Program-made: the position numbers and the translations under genes
Part shown: positions 52,742 through 63,212 of the stretch, one piece after another
How positions within the stretch are numbered: the stretch's first letter is position 1
How the letters are laid out: each line of letters opens with the position of its first letter
The notes under the pieces: generated by a model
Database searches by the model: none
What the model saw: the letters and a program-made list of their open reading frames with translations, nothing else
Told to the model about the DNA's origin: nothing
Assembly: GCA_963763775.1 (NCBI GenBank)
Contig: CAVXPZ010000001.1
Location: 928,001 to 992,000 of the forward strand
From: an uncultured Chloroflexia bacterium
GTDB taxonomy: Bacteria > Chloroflexota > Limnocylindria > Limnocylindrales > CSP1-4
Direction of reading: 5' to 3'
DNA: 64,000 nucleotides

Positions 52742-53458
52742 ATGGCCATCGCCGCGCCGCCGTTCACGGGCTTCAGCCCCGACGCGATCCAATTCCTCGT
52801 CGACCTCGCCGAGCACAACGACCGGGAGTGGTTCCAGCCACGCAAGGCGGACTACGAGCGGCTACTGAAGGCCCCGTTCGAGGCGCTCGTGGCCGCGCTG
52901 GCCGAGCGATTCGAGGCTCGAGGGATCCCACTGCTCGCCGACCCGAAGCGGTCGGTGTTCCGGATCTACCGCGACACCCGGTTCTCCAAGGACAAGTCGC
53001 CCTACAAGACCCATGCCGCGGCGAGCTTCCCGTGGATGGAGCGGACAGCCACCGGCTTCGAGGTCGCGGACGGCATGAGCCACGCGAACGGCGGCTACTT
53101 CAACTTCCAGCCCGGCGAGATGTACGTGGGCGGCGGGATGTGGATGCCGGAAAAGGCGCGACTTGACGCGTTCCGGCGCGTCGTCGTCGACGATCCCGAC
53201 CGGGTCCGGGCCGCGCTCGAGGAGCCGGCGTTCCTGGCGGCCTTCGGACCGGTCACGGCCCACGAGCACCTCAAGCGGGTCCCACCCGGCTTCCCGGCGG
53301 ACCACCCGATGGCGGACCTGCTGCGCTACAAGGACGTGGTCTTCGGCCGCCCGATGTCCGACAAGGAGGTCCTGTCCCCGGCCCTGCCGGACACCATCGC
53401 CGACGCGTATGCCGCCGGGATGCCCGTCTTCCGGTTCCTCGACACGATCCGGGCGTGA
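52742..53458 (+). CDS. DUF2461 family protein
   Basis: LAEHNDREWF, FRIYRDTRFSKDKSPYK. Confidence 0.9.
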   Translation: MAIAAPPFTGFSPDAIQFLVDLAEHNDREWFQPRKADYERLLKAPFEALVAALAERFEARGIPLLADPKRSVFRIYRDTRFSKDKSPYKTHAAASFPWMERTATGFEVADGMSHANGGYFNFQPGEMYVGGGMWMPEKARLDAFRRVVVDDPDRVRAALEEPAFLAAFGPVTAHEHLKRVPPGFPADHPMADLLRYKDVVFGRPMSDKEVLSPALPDTIADAYAAGMPVFRFLDTIRA

Positions 53459-54437
53459 CTGCCCGGCGGATGCGCTTCGGGGCGGCGTTCTGGATCAACC
53501 GGCTCGATTGGCCGGTCCTGCGCGAGGCATGCCTCGAGGTAGAGGAAGCCGGGTGGGACGGGCTGTGGATCGACGACCACCTGCTCGCCGACGAGGGCGA
53601 CCCCGGCGACCCGAAGCTGGAAGGCTGGGCGACGCTCGCGGCGCTCGCGGTCCTGACCGAGCGGGTCCGACTCGGACTGCTCGTGGCCGCCAACACGTTC
53701 CGGCCGCCGGGCGTCACGGCGAAGCTCGCGACCACGATCGACCACCTCTCGGCGGCCGGTCGGTGCTCGGTCTTGGCGGGGGCTGGTTCGGCCTGGAGCA
53801 CGAGACGTTCGGGTTCGACTTCGGCGCCGGGTTCGGTGAGCGGCTCGACCGGCTCGACGAGGCGGTCGGGCTGATCCGGCGACTCCTCGACGGCGAACGC
53901 GTCACCCACGAGGGACACGTCTACGCCATGCATGACGCGGTCTGCGAGCCGCGGCCGGTCCAGGCACGGCTGCCGATCCTGATCGGCGGCTCCGGCCCGA
54001 CGAAGACGCTGCGGACCACCGCCAGGTACGCCGACCTGTGGAACGGCTACGGGTCGCCGGAACGGATCGCCGCCACGAGCGAGGTCCTGCGCGAGCGATG
54101 CGCCGAGATCGGCCGGCCGTTCGACGCCATCGAGCGCACGGTGACCGTCCACGGGGTGATCCGCGACACGAAGCCCGAGGCCGAGGAAGTCTGGGCCGAG
54201 ACGGCGAGGATGAACGGCCTGACCGGCAAAGCCGGCTCGGACGGGTCCGACCGCGGATTGACCATCGGCGGCTCGCCTGCCGAGGTCGCGGCCTACCTGG
54301 ACGCGTATCGGCGGATCGGGATCTCGGAAGTGGTCTTCGTGTTCCGCTCGCCGGTCGACCATGAGTCGATCGCCCGGATCGGCGAGGTCCGAGCCGCGCT
54401 CGCGGCTCTCGAGACCGAAGGGGCGTCGACCGGCTGA
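53455..54437 (+). CDS. LLM-class flavin/F420-dependent oxidoreductase (frameshift ~53750)
   Basis: GWDGLWIDDH, EGWATLAALA, PILIGGSG..TARYADLWN. Confidence 0.85.
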
Positions 54438-54453
54438 GGACGGCGCCGGCGGG

Positions 54454-55437
54454 TCAGCCTTCGGCGTCCGCGCGCCGCCAGAGCTCGGCGGCCAGCAGGT
54501 CCACGACCGCGATCTCGACGATGGCCCGGGTGATCGGGTGCGCATCGGCCGGCAGCGGGACCGGGATCGTGATCGCGGCCCCATCGACCGGCGCCCCGAC
54601 GGCGAGGCTCTGTCCGCCCCGGGCGGCCACGATCCGGACCATCTCGGCGGCGCCGGGCGTGCCGTCGAACACGATGACGCGATGGCCGGGGAGCGCCGTG
54701 TAGATGGCCACGTGCGCCCAGTCCGACCCGTCCTGGTGCGACGCCGCCAGACGAGGCCCTTCGCGCAGCATCAGCGCCCCCTGGCGCGCGGAGCCCGGGC
54801 GGCGGGAGCCGCTCACGACATCGATCGACGGGGCGCCGTCGAGGAGGTCGGCGGCCCGCCGGAGCCAGAGGCCGCGCTGGCCGAGGACCTTGCGCAACGC
54901 CGGCACCGCCTCGCGAAGCTGGGCGACGGTGGGCCCCTGGGCGCCGAGCCGGGCCACCGCGAGCCCGAGCACGGCCAGGGTCGCGCCGTACGTCCGGCAC
55001 GACACGCCCGAGGTCTCGGCGCCGGCCAGGAGTGGGAGCACCGTGTCCGCGCCGTCGGCCACGGGCGAACCCGGGTCGTTCGTGACCGCGACGACGGCGC
55101 CCGTGTGGCGATGTCGACGGACCGCCTCGACCACTTCGGCCGTGCGGCCACTCGCCGACACCGCGAACACGAGCGCGTCAGGGGACGGTCGAGTCGGCGC
55201 GTCCGACGAGGCGGTCTCGGTCCACGCCGTCATGCCCGAGGCGCGCAGATGCGCGACCACGGTCAGCCCCGCGTACCGCGAGCTGCCCAGCCCCGTGACC
55301 AGGATGCGCGGCACGACCAGCCCGTCGAGGCCGCGCAACGGCCCGTCCGGTCGCTCGTACGCGTCGAGCAGCGACGACAGCGCCGCCGGCCACCCCACGA
55401 TGTCGTCGAGCATCCGGCGCGGCCGGTCCGGGGTCAC
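54454..55437 (-). CDS. SIS-domain sugar-phosphate isomerase/deaminase
   Basis: GLGSSRYA, VSASGRTAE, AVTN, ALMLREG. Confidence 0.8.
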   Translation of the reverse strand: MTPDRPRRMLDDIVGWPAALSSLLDAYERPDGPLRGLDGLVVPRILVTGLGSSRYAGLTVVAHLRASGMTAWTETASSDAPTRPSPDALVFAVSASGRTAEVVEAVRRHRHTGAVVAVTNDPGSPVADGADTVLPLLAGAETSGVSCRTYGATLAVLGLAVARLGAQGPTVAQLREAVPALRKVLGQRGLWLRRAADLLDGAPSIDVVSGSRRPGSARQGALMLREGPRLAASHQDGSDWAHVAIYTALPGHRVIVFDGTPGAAEMVRIVAARGGQSLAVGAPVDGAAITIPVPLPADAHPITRAIVEIAVVDLLAAELWRRADAEG

Positions 55438-56855
55438 GCCCGCGCCTCGTCGAGCAGCCCCAGCATCCCCTCGGTCGGCGCCCAGAGCCAGCTCGGGAGA
55501 TACGTGCTCGCATAGACGAACTCGTAGCACTCCTTCTCGATCTCGAAGGCGCGCACGAGGACCGGGTCGACGGCGATCGGTGATCCGGCTTCTCGGAGAC
55601 CGGCCCGGTACGCCGCCAGGAATCGCTCCCGGGCGCGGCGGCGCCAGCCCTCGAGGTCGAGCCCCGGCGTGTCGAGCGGGCCGCCATTGCGCGCCTGCGC
55701 GCGACGGCCGGCGCTGCCGCCGACGTGGTCGATCGATCGGAGCATCGAGGCGACGTCGCGCAGCGGCGAACGTGGCGCGCGACGATCCGCCTCGGACCGG
55801 AACGGCTCGCCCTCGAAGTCGACCACGCGCAGCCCGTCAGCGGCGAGCAGGACCTGTCCCAGGTGGTAGTCCGCGTGGATCCTCGTCAGGAGCGGCGACG
55901 TCGTGAGGGCGTCGAAGACGGTCAGCTCCTCCGCGATGCGGGGCGCCAGGTCGCGGACGATCTTCCGCGTCGGGGCGGCGTGACCTCGAGTGGCACGCTC
56001 GAGCTGATCTCGAGCCTCGGTCCCCCATCGCCGAAGGTCGTCGCGCGACGCCTCGCGCGTCTCGAACCCGGGCGTGTCGCCGGCCGCCGCAAGCGCAGCG
56101 TGCATCGCGGCCGTCAGCGTGCCCAGGTCCGCGGCCACCTCCGTCGCGAACTCGACGCTGACCTGGCCGGGCGCCAGGAGCCACGCCGTCAGCGACTCGG
56201 CGATGGCCTCGTACGCGTCGTCGGCATCCGCGACGAACGCCTGCGCGATCGCCACGGTCGTCGCCTCGCCGTCCGCGGACACGATCTCGGCGTACCCCGC
56301 GAGCGGCGGCACGGCCGCGAACCCACCCTGCTCCGAGAGGTAGGCGACGAGCTCCAGCTCGGGGTTCAGGCCGGGGCGGATGCGACGATAGGCCTTGACG
56401 AGCACCGCCTCGCCGAGCACGACGGACGTGTTGGACTGGTCCGCACCGAGGTCGCGCTCCGGCGCGGCATCGATGCCGGCGGGCATGGCCGGACCCGGAC
56501 GGCAGACGAGGGCCGCGGTGATCGGGCCGACGACGAGGCTGGCCCCACCCGAGGCATCCGGCGAGACCGACCGGAGCGAGGCGATCGCCCGGCCCTCCGC
56601 CATGGCCACCGCGAGCGCGCGCCAGGCGCCGTCGCCGGCCTCGGCGAGCCGCAATGGCTGTCCGGTCAGGGCGAGCAGGTATCTCGTCGGTTCGCCGGTC
56701 GTCCGGAATGCGGCGAGCGCCAGCACATGCGGCGCGTCGACGTCGAGGAGGAACGCCTCGACGAGCTCGACCGAGGCGATCGCCTGGCCCTTCTCGCCGT
56801 ACCAGCGAGCCGCGGCGAGGGCGTCACGGTCGAGGCCGTGAAGGGCGACCTCCAC
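55434..56855 (-). CDS. maltokinase/glucosamine-kinase family sugar kinase (start uncertain)
   Basis: ARWYGEKG, DQSNTSVV, VKAYR, RIHADYHLGQVL, VDFEGEP, RDVASMLRS. Confidence 0.82.
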   Translation of the reverse strand: MEVALHGLDRDALAAARWYGEKGQAIASVELVEAFLLDVDAPHVLALAAFRTTGEPTRYLLALTGQPLRLAEAGDGAWRALAVAMAEGRAIASLRSVSPDASGGASLVVGPITAALVCRPGPAMPAGIDAAPERDLGADQSNTSVVLGEAVLVKAYRRIRPGLNPELELVAYLSEQGGFAAVPPLAGYAEIVSADGEATTVAIAQAFVADADDAYEAIAESLTAWLLAPGQVSVEFATEVAADLGTLTAAMHAALAAAGDTPGFETREASRDDLRRWGTEARDQLERATRGHAAPTRKIVRDLAPRIAEELTVFDALTTSPLLTRIHADYHLGQVLLAADGLRVVDFEGEPFRSEADRRAPRSPLRDVASMLRSIDHVGGSAGRRAQARNGGPLDTPGLDLEGWRRRARERFLAAYRAGLREAGSPIAVDPVLVRAFEIEKECYEFVYASTYLPSWLWAPTEGMLGLLDEARA

Positions 56856-56875
56856 GGCCTCGCGGTCGGGCGTGC

Positions 56876-58321
56876 TCAGATCTTGAGCATCACGTGCTTG
56901 ACGACCGTGTAGTCCTCGACGGCGTACATCGACTGGTCCTTGCCGTAGCCGGACTCCTTGAAGCCGCCGTGCGGCATCTCGCTGACGAGCATGAAGTGGT
57001 CGTTGATCCAGACGGTCCCGAACTGGATCGCCTTGGCGACGCGCATCCCGCGTCCCGCGTCGGCGGTCCAGACGGAGGCCGCGAGCCCGAAGCGGACGTC
57101 GTTCGCCCACTTGATGGCCTGGTCCTCGTCCGAGAACCGCTGCACGGTGACGACCGGCCCGAAGACCTCGTCCTGCACGATCTCGCTCTTCTGGTCCGGC
57201 CCGGCGATGACGGTCGGCTCGTAGTAGGCGCCCGGTCGGTCGGGCCGATGGCCGCCCGCGGTCACTTCGGCCCCGGCGCGAGCCCGGTCCACCATGCCCT
57301 CGACCTTGTCGGCCTGGCTCTTCGCGATGAGCGAGCCCATCTCGATGTCGTCGCCCTCGGCCGGGTTGCCCCACTTGATCGTCTTGACCTCGCGGCTGAG
57401 ATCGGCGACGAACTTGTCGTAGATCTTCGGGCCGGCGATGACGCGCGTCGCCGCGGTGCAGTCCTGGCCCGCGTTCCAGTAGCCCCACAGCTTGAGGGCC
57501 TCCGCGACCGCGGCCGAGTCCGCGTCGTCGAAGATGATGACCGGGGCCTTGCCGCCGAGCTCGAGATGCAAGCGCTTGACCTTCTCCGCAGCGACCCTGG
57601 CGATGTGCTTGCCGGTGTCCGTGTCGCCGGTGACCGAGACCATGCCGACCTTCGGATGCCCGACCAAGTCGTCGCCGATGCCGGCGCCGGTGCCCGTGAT
57701 GACGTTGAGCACGCCCGGGGGGAGGATGTCGGCGGCCAGCTCGGCCAGCACGAGGGCGGTCAGCGGCGTCCGCGCCGACGGCTTGAGGATGACCGTGTTG
57801 CCGGCCGCGAGCGCGGGGCCGATCTTCCAGCCGGCCATCATGATCGGGTAGTTCCACGGCGCGATGGAGGCCACGACCCCCACGGGCTCACGGCGGATGA
57901 ACGACGTGTGGTCGGCCATGTATTCGTTGGCGGCCTTGCCCTCGAGCAGGCGCGCGGCCCCGGCGAAGAAGCGCAGGTTGTCGACCACGACCGGGATCTC
58001 ATCGATGGCGGCGCCGACCGGCTTGCCAGCGTTCTTCGACTCGAGGCGACCGAGCTCCTCGGCGCGGCTCTCGATGGCGTCCGCGAGCTTGAGGAGCGCG
58101 ATGCTGCGCTCCTGCGGGGTCGTCTTGCCCCAGGTGTCGAACGCGGCCTCGGCGGCGTTCGCCGCGCGGTCCACGTCCTCGGCGCTCGAGGCCTGGACCT
58201 TGGCGATCACCTGGCCGTCGGCGGGGTTCTCGACGTCGAGGGTCTGCCCCGAGGCGGAGTCGACCCACTCGCCCCCGATGAACTGCTGGTAGGTCTTGAC
58301 GCGCTCGGCGACGTCGGTCAT
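56876..58321 (-). CDS. gamma-aminobutyraldehyde dehydrogenase-like aldehyde dehydrogenase
   Basis: APWNYP, LELGGKAP, NAGQDCTAATR, EVFGPV, SEMPHGGFKESGYGKD. Confidence 0.88.
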   Translation of the reverse strand: MTDVAERVKTYQQFIGGEWVDSASGQTLDVENPADGQVIAKVQASSAEDVDRAANAAEAAFDTWGKTTPQERSIALLKLADAIESRAEELGRLESKNAGKPVGAAIDEIPVVVDNLRFFAGAARLLEGKAANEYMADHTSFIRREPVGVVASIAPWNYPIMMAGWKIGPALAAGNTVILKPSARTPLTALVLAELAADILPPGVLNVITGTGAGIGDDLVGHPKVGMVSVTGDTDTGKHIARVAAEKVKRLHLELGGKAPVIIFDDADSAAVAEALKLWGYWNAGQDCTAATRVIAGPKIYDKFVADLSREVKTIKWGNPAEGDDIEMGSLIAKSQADKVEGMVDRARAGAEVTAGGHRPDRPGAYYEPTVIAGPDQKSEIVQDEVFGPVVTVQRFSDEDQAIKWANDVRFGLAASVWTADAGRGMRVAKAIQFGTVWINDHFMLVSEMPHGGFKESGYGKDQSMYAVEDYTVVKHVMLKI

Positions 58322-58430
58322 CGGGGGTACCTCCTGCAAGGTGACGGTGTCGTGTCAGCGACTCGGGATGGTGCGGCCATCGTAGACCGCCCCGGGTAGT
58401 CCGTCCCACCACGTGCGCGCGAGGGCGGGA

Positions 58431-59728
58431 TCACGGCAGGCCGACGCGCTCGATGAGGTCCGCGGCGCGGACCGTGCCGGACGATGCCTTGATGCGCGAC
58501 GACATCGTGGCCAGGCGCGCCGCGAGCGTCCCGTCGTCGAGCAGCTCGTCGATGGCGTCGGTCAGCTCCTCGTCGCGGAAGTCGTAGGTGGAGAGCCGCC
58601 GGCCGAACCCGGTCTCGTCGACCCGCTGGGCGTTGTCGACCTGGTCCCAGAAGAGCGGCAGCACGATCATCGGCTTGCCGTGGTGGAAGGCCTCGGTGAC
58701 GGTGTTGTTGCCCGCCGTGCGTGATGACGAGGTCGACCTGCGGCAGGATCGCCGGCTGCGGCAGGAAGCCCTCGCCGGTCTGTTGTCGTGGAGCCGGATC
58801 TCGTCGGCGAGCGGGCCCTTCGAGACGATGACCCGGTGCTCGGTCGTGGCGAGCAGGTCGACGAGCCGCTGCATCAGCCCGACGTCCGCGGACCCGAGGC
58901 TGCCGAGCGAGAGGTAGATGAGCGCCCCGTCGCGCTCGCGCAGGTGGGCCGGCAGCTCCCAGGTCGTGTCGGCGGCACGGACGGTCGAGTCGAGCCGGTG
59001 CCAGGTCGGCCCGAGCGGGCGCTCACGGGCGTAGTCGGCCTCGGCCGGGAACGAGTAGAGGTTGAGGAACGGCGACTCGGCGATGAACTCCGGCCCGAGG
59101 TCGCCGTACGAGAGTCCGCCGTCGCCGCGCTCGCGGCAGAACGCGTCGAAGTCGGCCCACAGGTCCCCGTGCGTCCGCCGGACCTCCTCGAGGAACGCCG
59201 GCCAGGCGTGCCGGTCCGCGACCGGGTAGCCGCTCGAGAACGGGGCGATCGCCGGGTCTTTCATCTCCGCCGGGTTGCACGAGACGATGCGGACCCACGG
59301 CCGCCCGCTCGACGGCGATGGCCGGGAACCCGACGACGTTGTCCTCGACGATCACGTCCGGCGCGAGCTCGTCGAAGATCTCGCGCAGCCGCTGGTCCAC
59401 GTACTTCGAGCCGTCGATGAGCGCCTGCCACGTCGGCGCCATGAACTCGCCGAGCTGCTCGAGCGTCGCTCTTGCGGAAGACGGGCGCCGTGTCCCGGAT
59501 GAAGTCGATCCAGAACTGGCCGGGGACCTCCGGGACCTCGGGCGGCGGCCCGAGGCGCATGAGGCGCTCCTCGAAGCCCTTGGCCTCGAGCGTGCCGGCG
59601 AACGACTCCTCCACGATGAAGACGACCCGATGGCCGCGGGCGCGGAGGACGTTGCCGATGCCGACGCAGTTGTTCGTCGGGCCGAACGCCCCCTCGGGGA
59701 AGAACACGATCGTCCGGGCGTCGGTCAC
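58431..59728 (-). CDS. GT1/UDP-glycosyltransferase (MGT-like; several frameshifts)
   Basis: FFPEGAFGPTNN, IYLSLGSLG, GNNTVTEA..GKPMIVLPLFWDQVDNAQR. Confidence 0.82.
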
Positions 59729-59817
59729 GCGCGTCCTCCTGGCGGATCGATGCTCACCGGCGAGCCTTCGCCCGACGGGTCAGGCGTCGATCATGGCGCA
59801 ACGGCCGGGCGATCCGC

Positions 59818-60060
59818 TCAGCGTCGTTGCAGGACGGAACGAAGCCGCTCGTACTCCGCCTGGTCGATGTCGCCCTTGGCGAATCTCGTTCGGATCGCGT
59901 CGATGGCCGGGTCCCGTGGCATCGCGGTGGCACCGGATGACGGGCGCCGTGCCTGGTCCCAGAGCCTCGCGACCAGCAGGATCACCGCGACAGGGAGGGC
60001 GATCAGCAACGCGGCCTCGGCGACGATGACGAGGATCTCGGGGATCCCGATGTCCGGCAT
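59818..60060 (-). CDS. SHOCT domain small membrane protein
   Basis: MPDIGIPEIL TM; IRTRFAKGDIDQAEYE; AAGGAGG RBS. Confidence 0.8.
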   Translation of the reverse strand: MPDIGIPEILVIVAEAALLIALPVAVILLVARLWDQARRPSSGATAMPRDPAIDAIRTRFAKGDIDQAEYERLRSVLQRR

Positions 60061-60140
60061 GGCGGCCCTCCTTCGCGTCGACGGTGCGTGGGAGCGTACG
60101 CCGTCGGCGGCATGGCGCAAAGCCCACGCGTCGACCAGGG

Positions 60141-60916
60141 TCACGCGCTGACGGTCGCTCCCCCGGTGTCACGGGCCGTCCTCGACCACGGCACGACCAG
60201 GCGTTCCAGCACACCGACGAGCCCGTAGAGCACAGGGACACGATCGAGGTCAGCAGGATCGCGCCGAACACGAGATCCGTCCGGAAGCTGTTCTGCGACA
60301 GCTGCATCCAGATCCCGAGGCCCTGCGTCGCCCCGACGTACTCGCCGAAGATCGCCCCGATGACCGCGTAGACCACGCTGATCCGGAGCCCGGTGAAGAG
60401 GTACGGCAGTGCCGCCGGCCAGCGCAGCATCCGGAACGCCTGACCGGGCGTCGCGCCGATCGAGCGCATCAGGTCCGACGCCTCCGGGGCGACCCGCCCG
60501 AACCCGTCGAGGAGCACGATCGTGACCGGGAAGAACGTCACGAGCACGACGATCGAGACCTTCGGCAGCAGCCCGAACCCGAACCAGATCACGAAGAGCG
60601 GGGCGATGGCCACGATCGGGATGGTCTGGCTCGCGACGAGCAGCGGCTCCACGGCCCGACGGACCGGCGTCCAACGGTCGAGCGCCACCGCGGCGGCGAT
60701 CGCCAGCCCCACCGACACGGCCATCCCCACGAGCGTCTCGACGAGGGTCGGGACGAGATGCCCGGCCGCGGCTCCCCGGAAGTCCCACAGGGCGCCGAGG
60801 ATCCGCGAGGGCGCCGGCAGGGTCACGGGGTCAAGCCCCGCGAGCCGCACATAGAGCTCCCAGAGCAGGACCAGCGCGACGAGGAGCGCGACCGGCGGCC
60901 CGAGGCGGCGGATCAC
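60141..60916 (-). CDS. ABC permease, ThiX/SsuC-like (frameshift ~60230)
   Basis: SQTIPIVAIAPL, FFP, LRWPAALP, GAIFGEYVG. Confidence 0.85.
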
Positions 60917-60926
60917 CTCCGGGCCG

Positions 60927-62015
60927 TCACGGCAGGAAGTCGTTCGTGAACAGGCTCGCGTAGTCCGGTGGCGCCGTCAGCGCCTTGCCGTCCGGCCCGA
61001 CGAGCAGGCCCTGGTCATAGAGGAACCCGGAGTAGCCCTGCCAACGCTCGAGCGTCTGGCGCCCGACGATCCCGGCCTCGTCGCGAAGGAAGCCGTTGCG
61101 GGCGAGGAACGCCTGACTCTTCAGGGGCAGATCCGGGTTCGCGTCGAAGACGCCCGGATTCGCCTGCACGAGCGTGGCCGCAGCAGCCGCCGGATCCGTG
61201 GCCGCGACCTCGAAGCCGCGCGCCGTGGCGGCCACGAACGCCTTGGCCGCCTCCGGTTCGCGGTCAAGCCAGCGCTTGTCGCAGGCGAGCACGACCTGGT
61301 AGAAGTCCGGGAACCCGTAGTCCGTGAACTTGAAGGTCCGAAGATCGATGCCGCGCTCGGCCGCCTCGAGACCCTCCCACGCGCTGAACGTGATGACGAA
61401 GTCCGCACGCTTGGCGTAGAGCGCCTCGTACGCCGCAGTGTCGAGCGTGACCGTGGTGAAGTCGCCGGTCCCGCCATCGGCCTTGATCACGGACTGCAGC
61501 GTCGGCACCTCGTTCGGGTAGCCGAAACCGGCATACGTTCGACCGTCGAGGTCGCGCGGCCGCGTGATATCGGACGCACCGAGGACCGCGATCTCCTGGC
61601 CGGTGTGCTGGAGGATCGCCATCACCGAGACGAGCGGCGCGCCGGCAGCGGCGGCGAACGTCATCGAGTCCTGGAAGCTGATCCCGCACTCGGCCTGGCC
61701 GGCGGCGATCAGGGCCTCGGGGGCCGTCGTGGCATACGGGAGGATCTCGAGGTCGATGCCGGCCTGGTCGTACCACCCGGCCTCGTCGGCGACGAAGAAC
61801 CCGGTGTGGTTGGTGTTCGGCGTCCAGTCGAGGGCAAGACGGACCTTGGCCGGTGGCCCCGATGGGCTGGGCGGCGGAGACGGCGCGACCGTTGGGGCGC
61901 CGGTCGGCCCGGTCGACGGCGGTGCCGACGGTGGAGGCGGGGTGGCTGCGGCCTGGCCGCAACCGGCCAGGGTCGATGCGGCGATGAGCAATGACGCTGC
62001 GATGCGGAACAACAA
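60927..62015 (-). CDS. NMT1/THI5-like (ThiY) substrate-binding lipoprotein
   Basis: LAGC lipobox, LDWTPNTNHTG; downstream of TPP riboswitch; likely TTG start 7 nt after GGGAGA. Confidence 0.87.
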   Translation of the reverse strand: MLFRIAASLLIAASTLAGCGQAAATPPPPSAPPSTGPTGAPTVAPSPPPSPSGPPAKVRLALDWTPNTNHTGFFVADEAGWYDQAGIDLEILPYATTAPEALIAAGQAECGISFQDSMTFAAAAGAPLVSVMAILQHTGQEIAVLGASDITRPRDLDGRTYAGFGYPNEVPTLQSVIKADGGTGDFTTVTLDTAAYEALYAKRADFVITFSAWEGLEAAERGIDLRTFKFTDYGFPDFYQVVLACDKRWLDREPEAAKAFVAATARGFEVAATDPAAAAATLVQANPGVFDANPDLPLKSQAFLARNGFLRDEAGIVGRQTLERWQGYSGFLYDQGLLVGPDGKALTAPPDYASLFTNDFLP

Positions 62016-62059
62016 GACGCCGTCTCCCGATGCCGGGGACGGCGTCATCGATTCGAATG

Positions 62060-62152
62060 GCCTGCTTCCTTCGCCGGTACGAGCCGGATCAGGTTCGGCG
62101 GGTCTGTGGCGGTTGCCACACTCTCAGCGCACCACGCGCTCCCCGGAGGCTT
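62060..62152 (-). ncRNA. TPP riboswitch
   Basis: mRNA GGGGAGCGC..GCGCTGAGAG..ACCCGCCGAACCTGATCCGGCTCGTACCGGCGAAGGAAG matches THI-box; upstream of thiY-like gene. Confidence 0.93.
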
Positions 62153-62299
62153 CTTTAATTACGAGTCAGCGTAGCACGGCGTCTCCGCGGACGGCCCATC
62201 CCTGCGTTGGCTCGTGCGCCCCTCGCTCACGCACCTCCAGGTGCGCTCGCTCACGTGCTCCTCGCCGCCTTGGACTGACCACGTCCTCGGAGACGATTC

Positions 62300-63154
62300 T
62301 CAGCTCGGGATGTGGGCGCGGAGCCAGGCGATGATCTCGTCGACGATGGCGGGGCCTTCGGGCTCGTTGTGGAGCTCGTGGCGGAGGCCCGGATAGGTGC
62401 GGCGCTCCACGCCGGGTGCCGTCGCAAGGACCTCGGAGGCGCTCGCGGGCACGAGGCCGTCGTCCTCGCCGTGGAGGACGAGCGTCGGCAGGCCGAACCC
62501 GCGCGCCGCAAGACCGCGCACGCGCGCCTGCTCGGTCAGGGCCTCGGCGCCGAACCTGGCGGTGCTGGTCTTGACGCAGAACGGGTCGTCGACGGTCTTC
62601 GCCGCGACGGACGGGTCTCGCGAGATCGTGTCGCCCTTGATCCCGTTCGGGATCGACGTCGTCGGGGCCACCACGGCGAGCACCGGCGCGAGCCGCTTCT
62701 TCCAGCCCGGCAGGGCCGAGTCGAGCGCCGGCGACGAGAGGACCGCGAGATCGGGCTTCGGGCGGTCGGTCAGGAGATACCCGGCCGCGATCAGCCCGCC
62801 GAGCGAATGGCCGTACAGCACGACGGGACGCCCGGACGCCGCGCCTCGGACGACCCTCAGCCGCTCGGCGAGATCGTCGTGGTACTGCGACCAGTGCGCG
62901 ACGTCGCCGGGCCGTCCGCCTGACCCGCCCATCCCGCGGTGGTCGTACGCGTAGGCCTCGAGCCCCGCGGCGGCGAGCTGGTCGCCGACGTGCTCGTACC
63001 GGCCGGAGTGCTCGCCGACGCCGTGGACCAGCAGCACGGAGCCCCACGGCGGCCCGGCCCAGGCGCCGCCGGCCTCTGCTTCGTCCGCCGGCCAGTGCCG
63101 GACCAGGAGATCGGTGCCGTCGGCAGCGGACACGTGGCTGACGATCGATGGCAT
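62300..63154 (-). CDS. lysophospholipase-like alpha/beta hydrolase
   Basis: VHGVGEHSGRY, YDHRGMG, GHSLGG, HELHNE. Confidence 0.9.
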   Translation of the reverse strand: MPSIVSHVSAADGTDLLVRHWPADEAEAGGAWAGPPWGSVLLVHGVGEHSGRYEHVGDQLAAAGLEAYAYDHRGMGGSGGRPGDVAHWSQYHDDLAERLRVVRGAASGRPVVLYGHSLGGLIAAGYLLTDRPKPDLAVLSSPALDSALPGWKKRLAPVLAVVAPTTSIPNGIKGDTISRDPSVAAKTVDDPFCVKTSTARFGAEALTEQARVRGLAARGFGLPTLVLHGEDDGLVPASASEVLATAPGVERRTYPGLRHELHNEPEGPAIVDEIIAWLRAHIPS

Positions 63155-63212
63155 GGGTCCAGCGTACGCGACCGCACCGCCCGTCATGACACGCCGCCGA
63201 TACCATGCGCCG

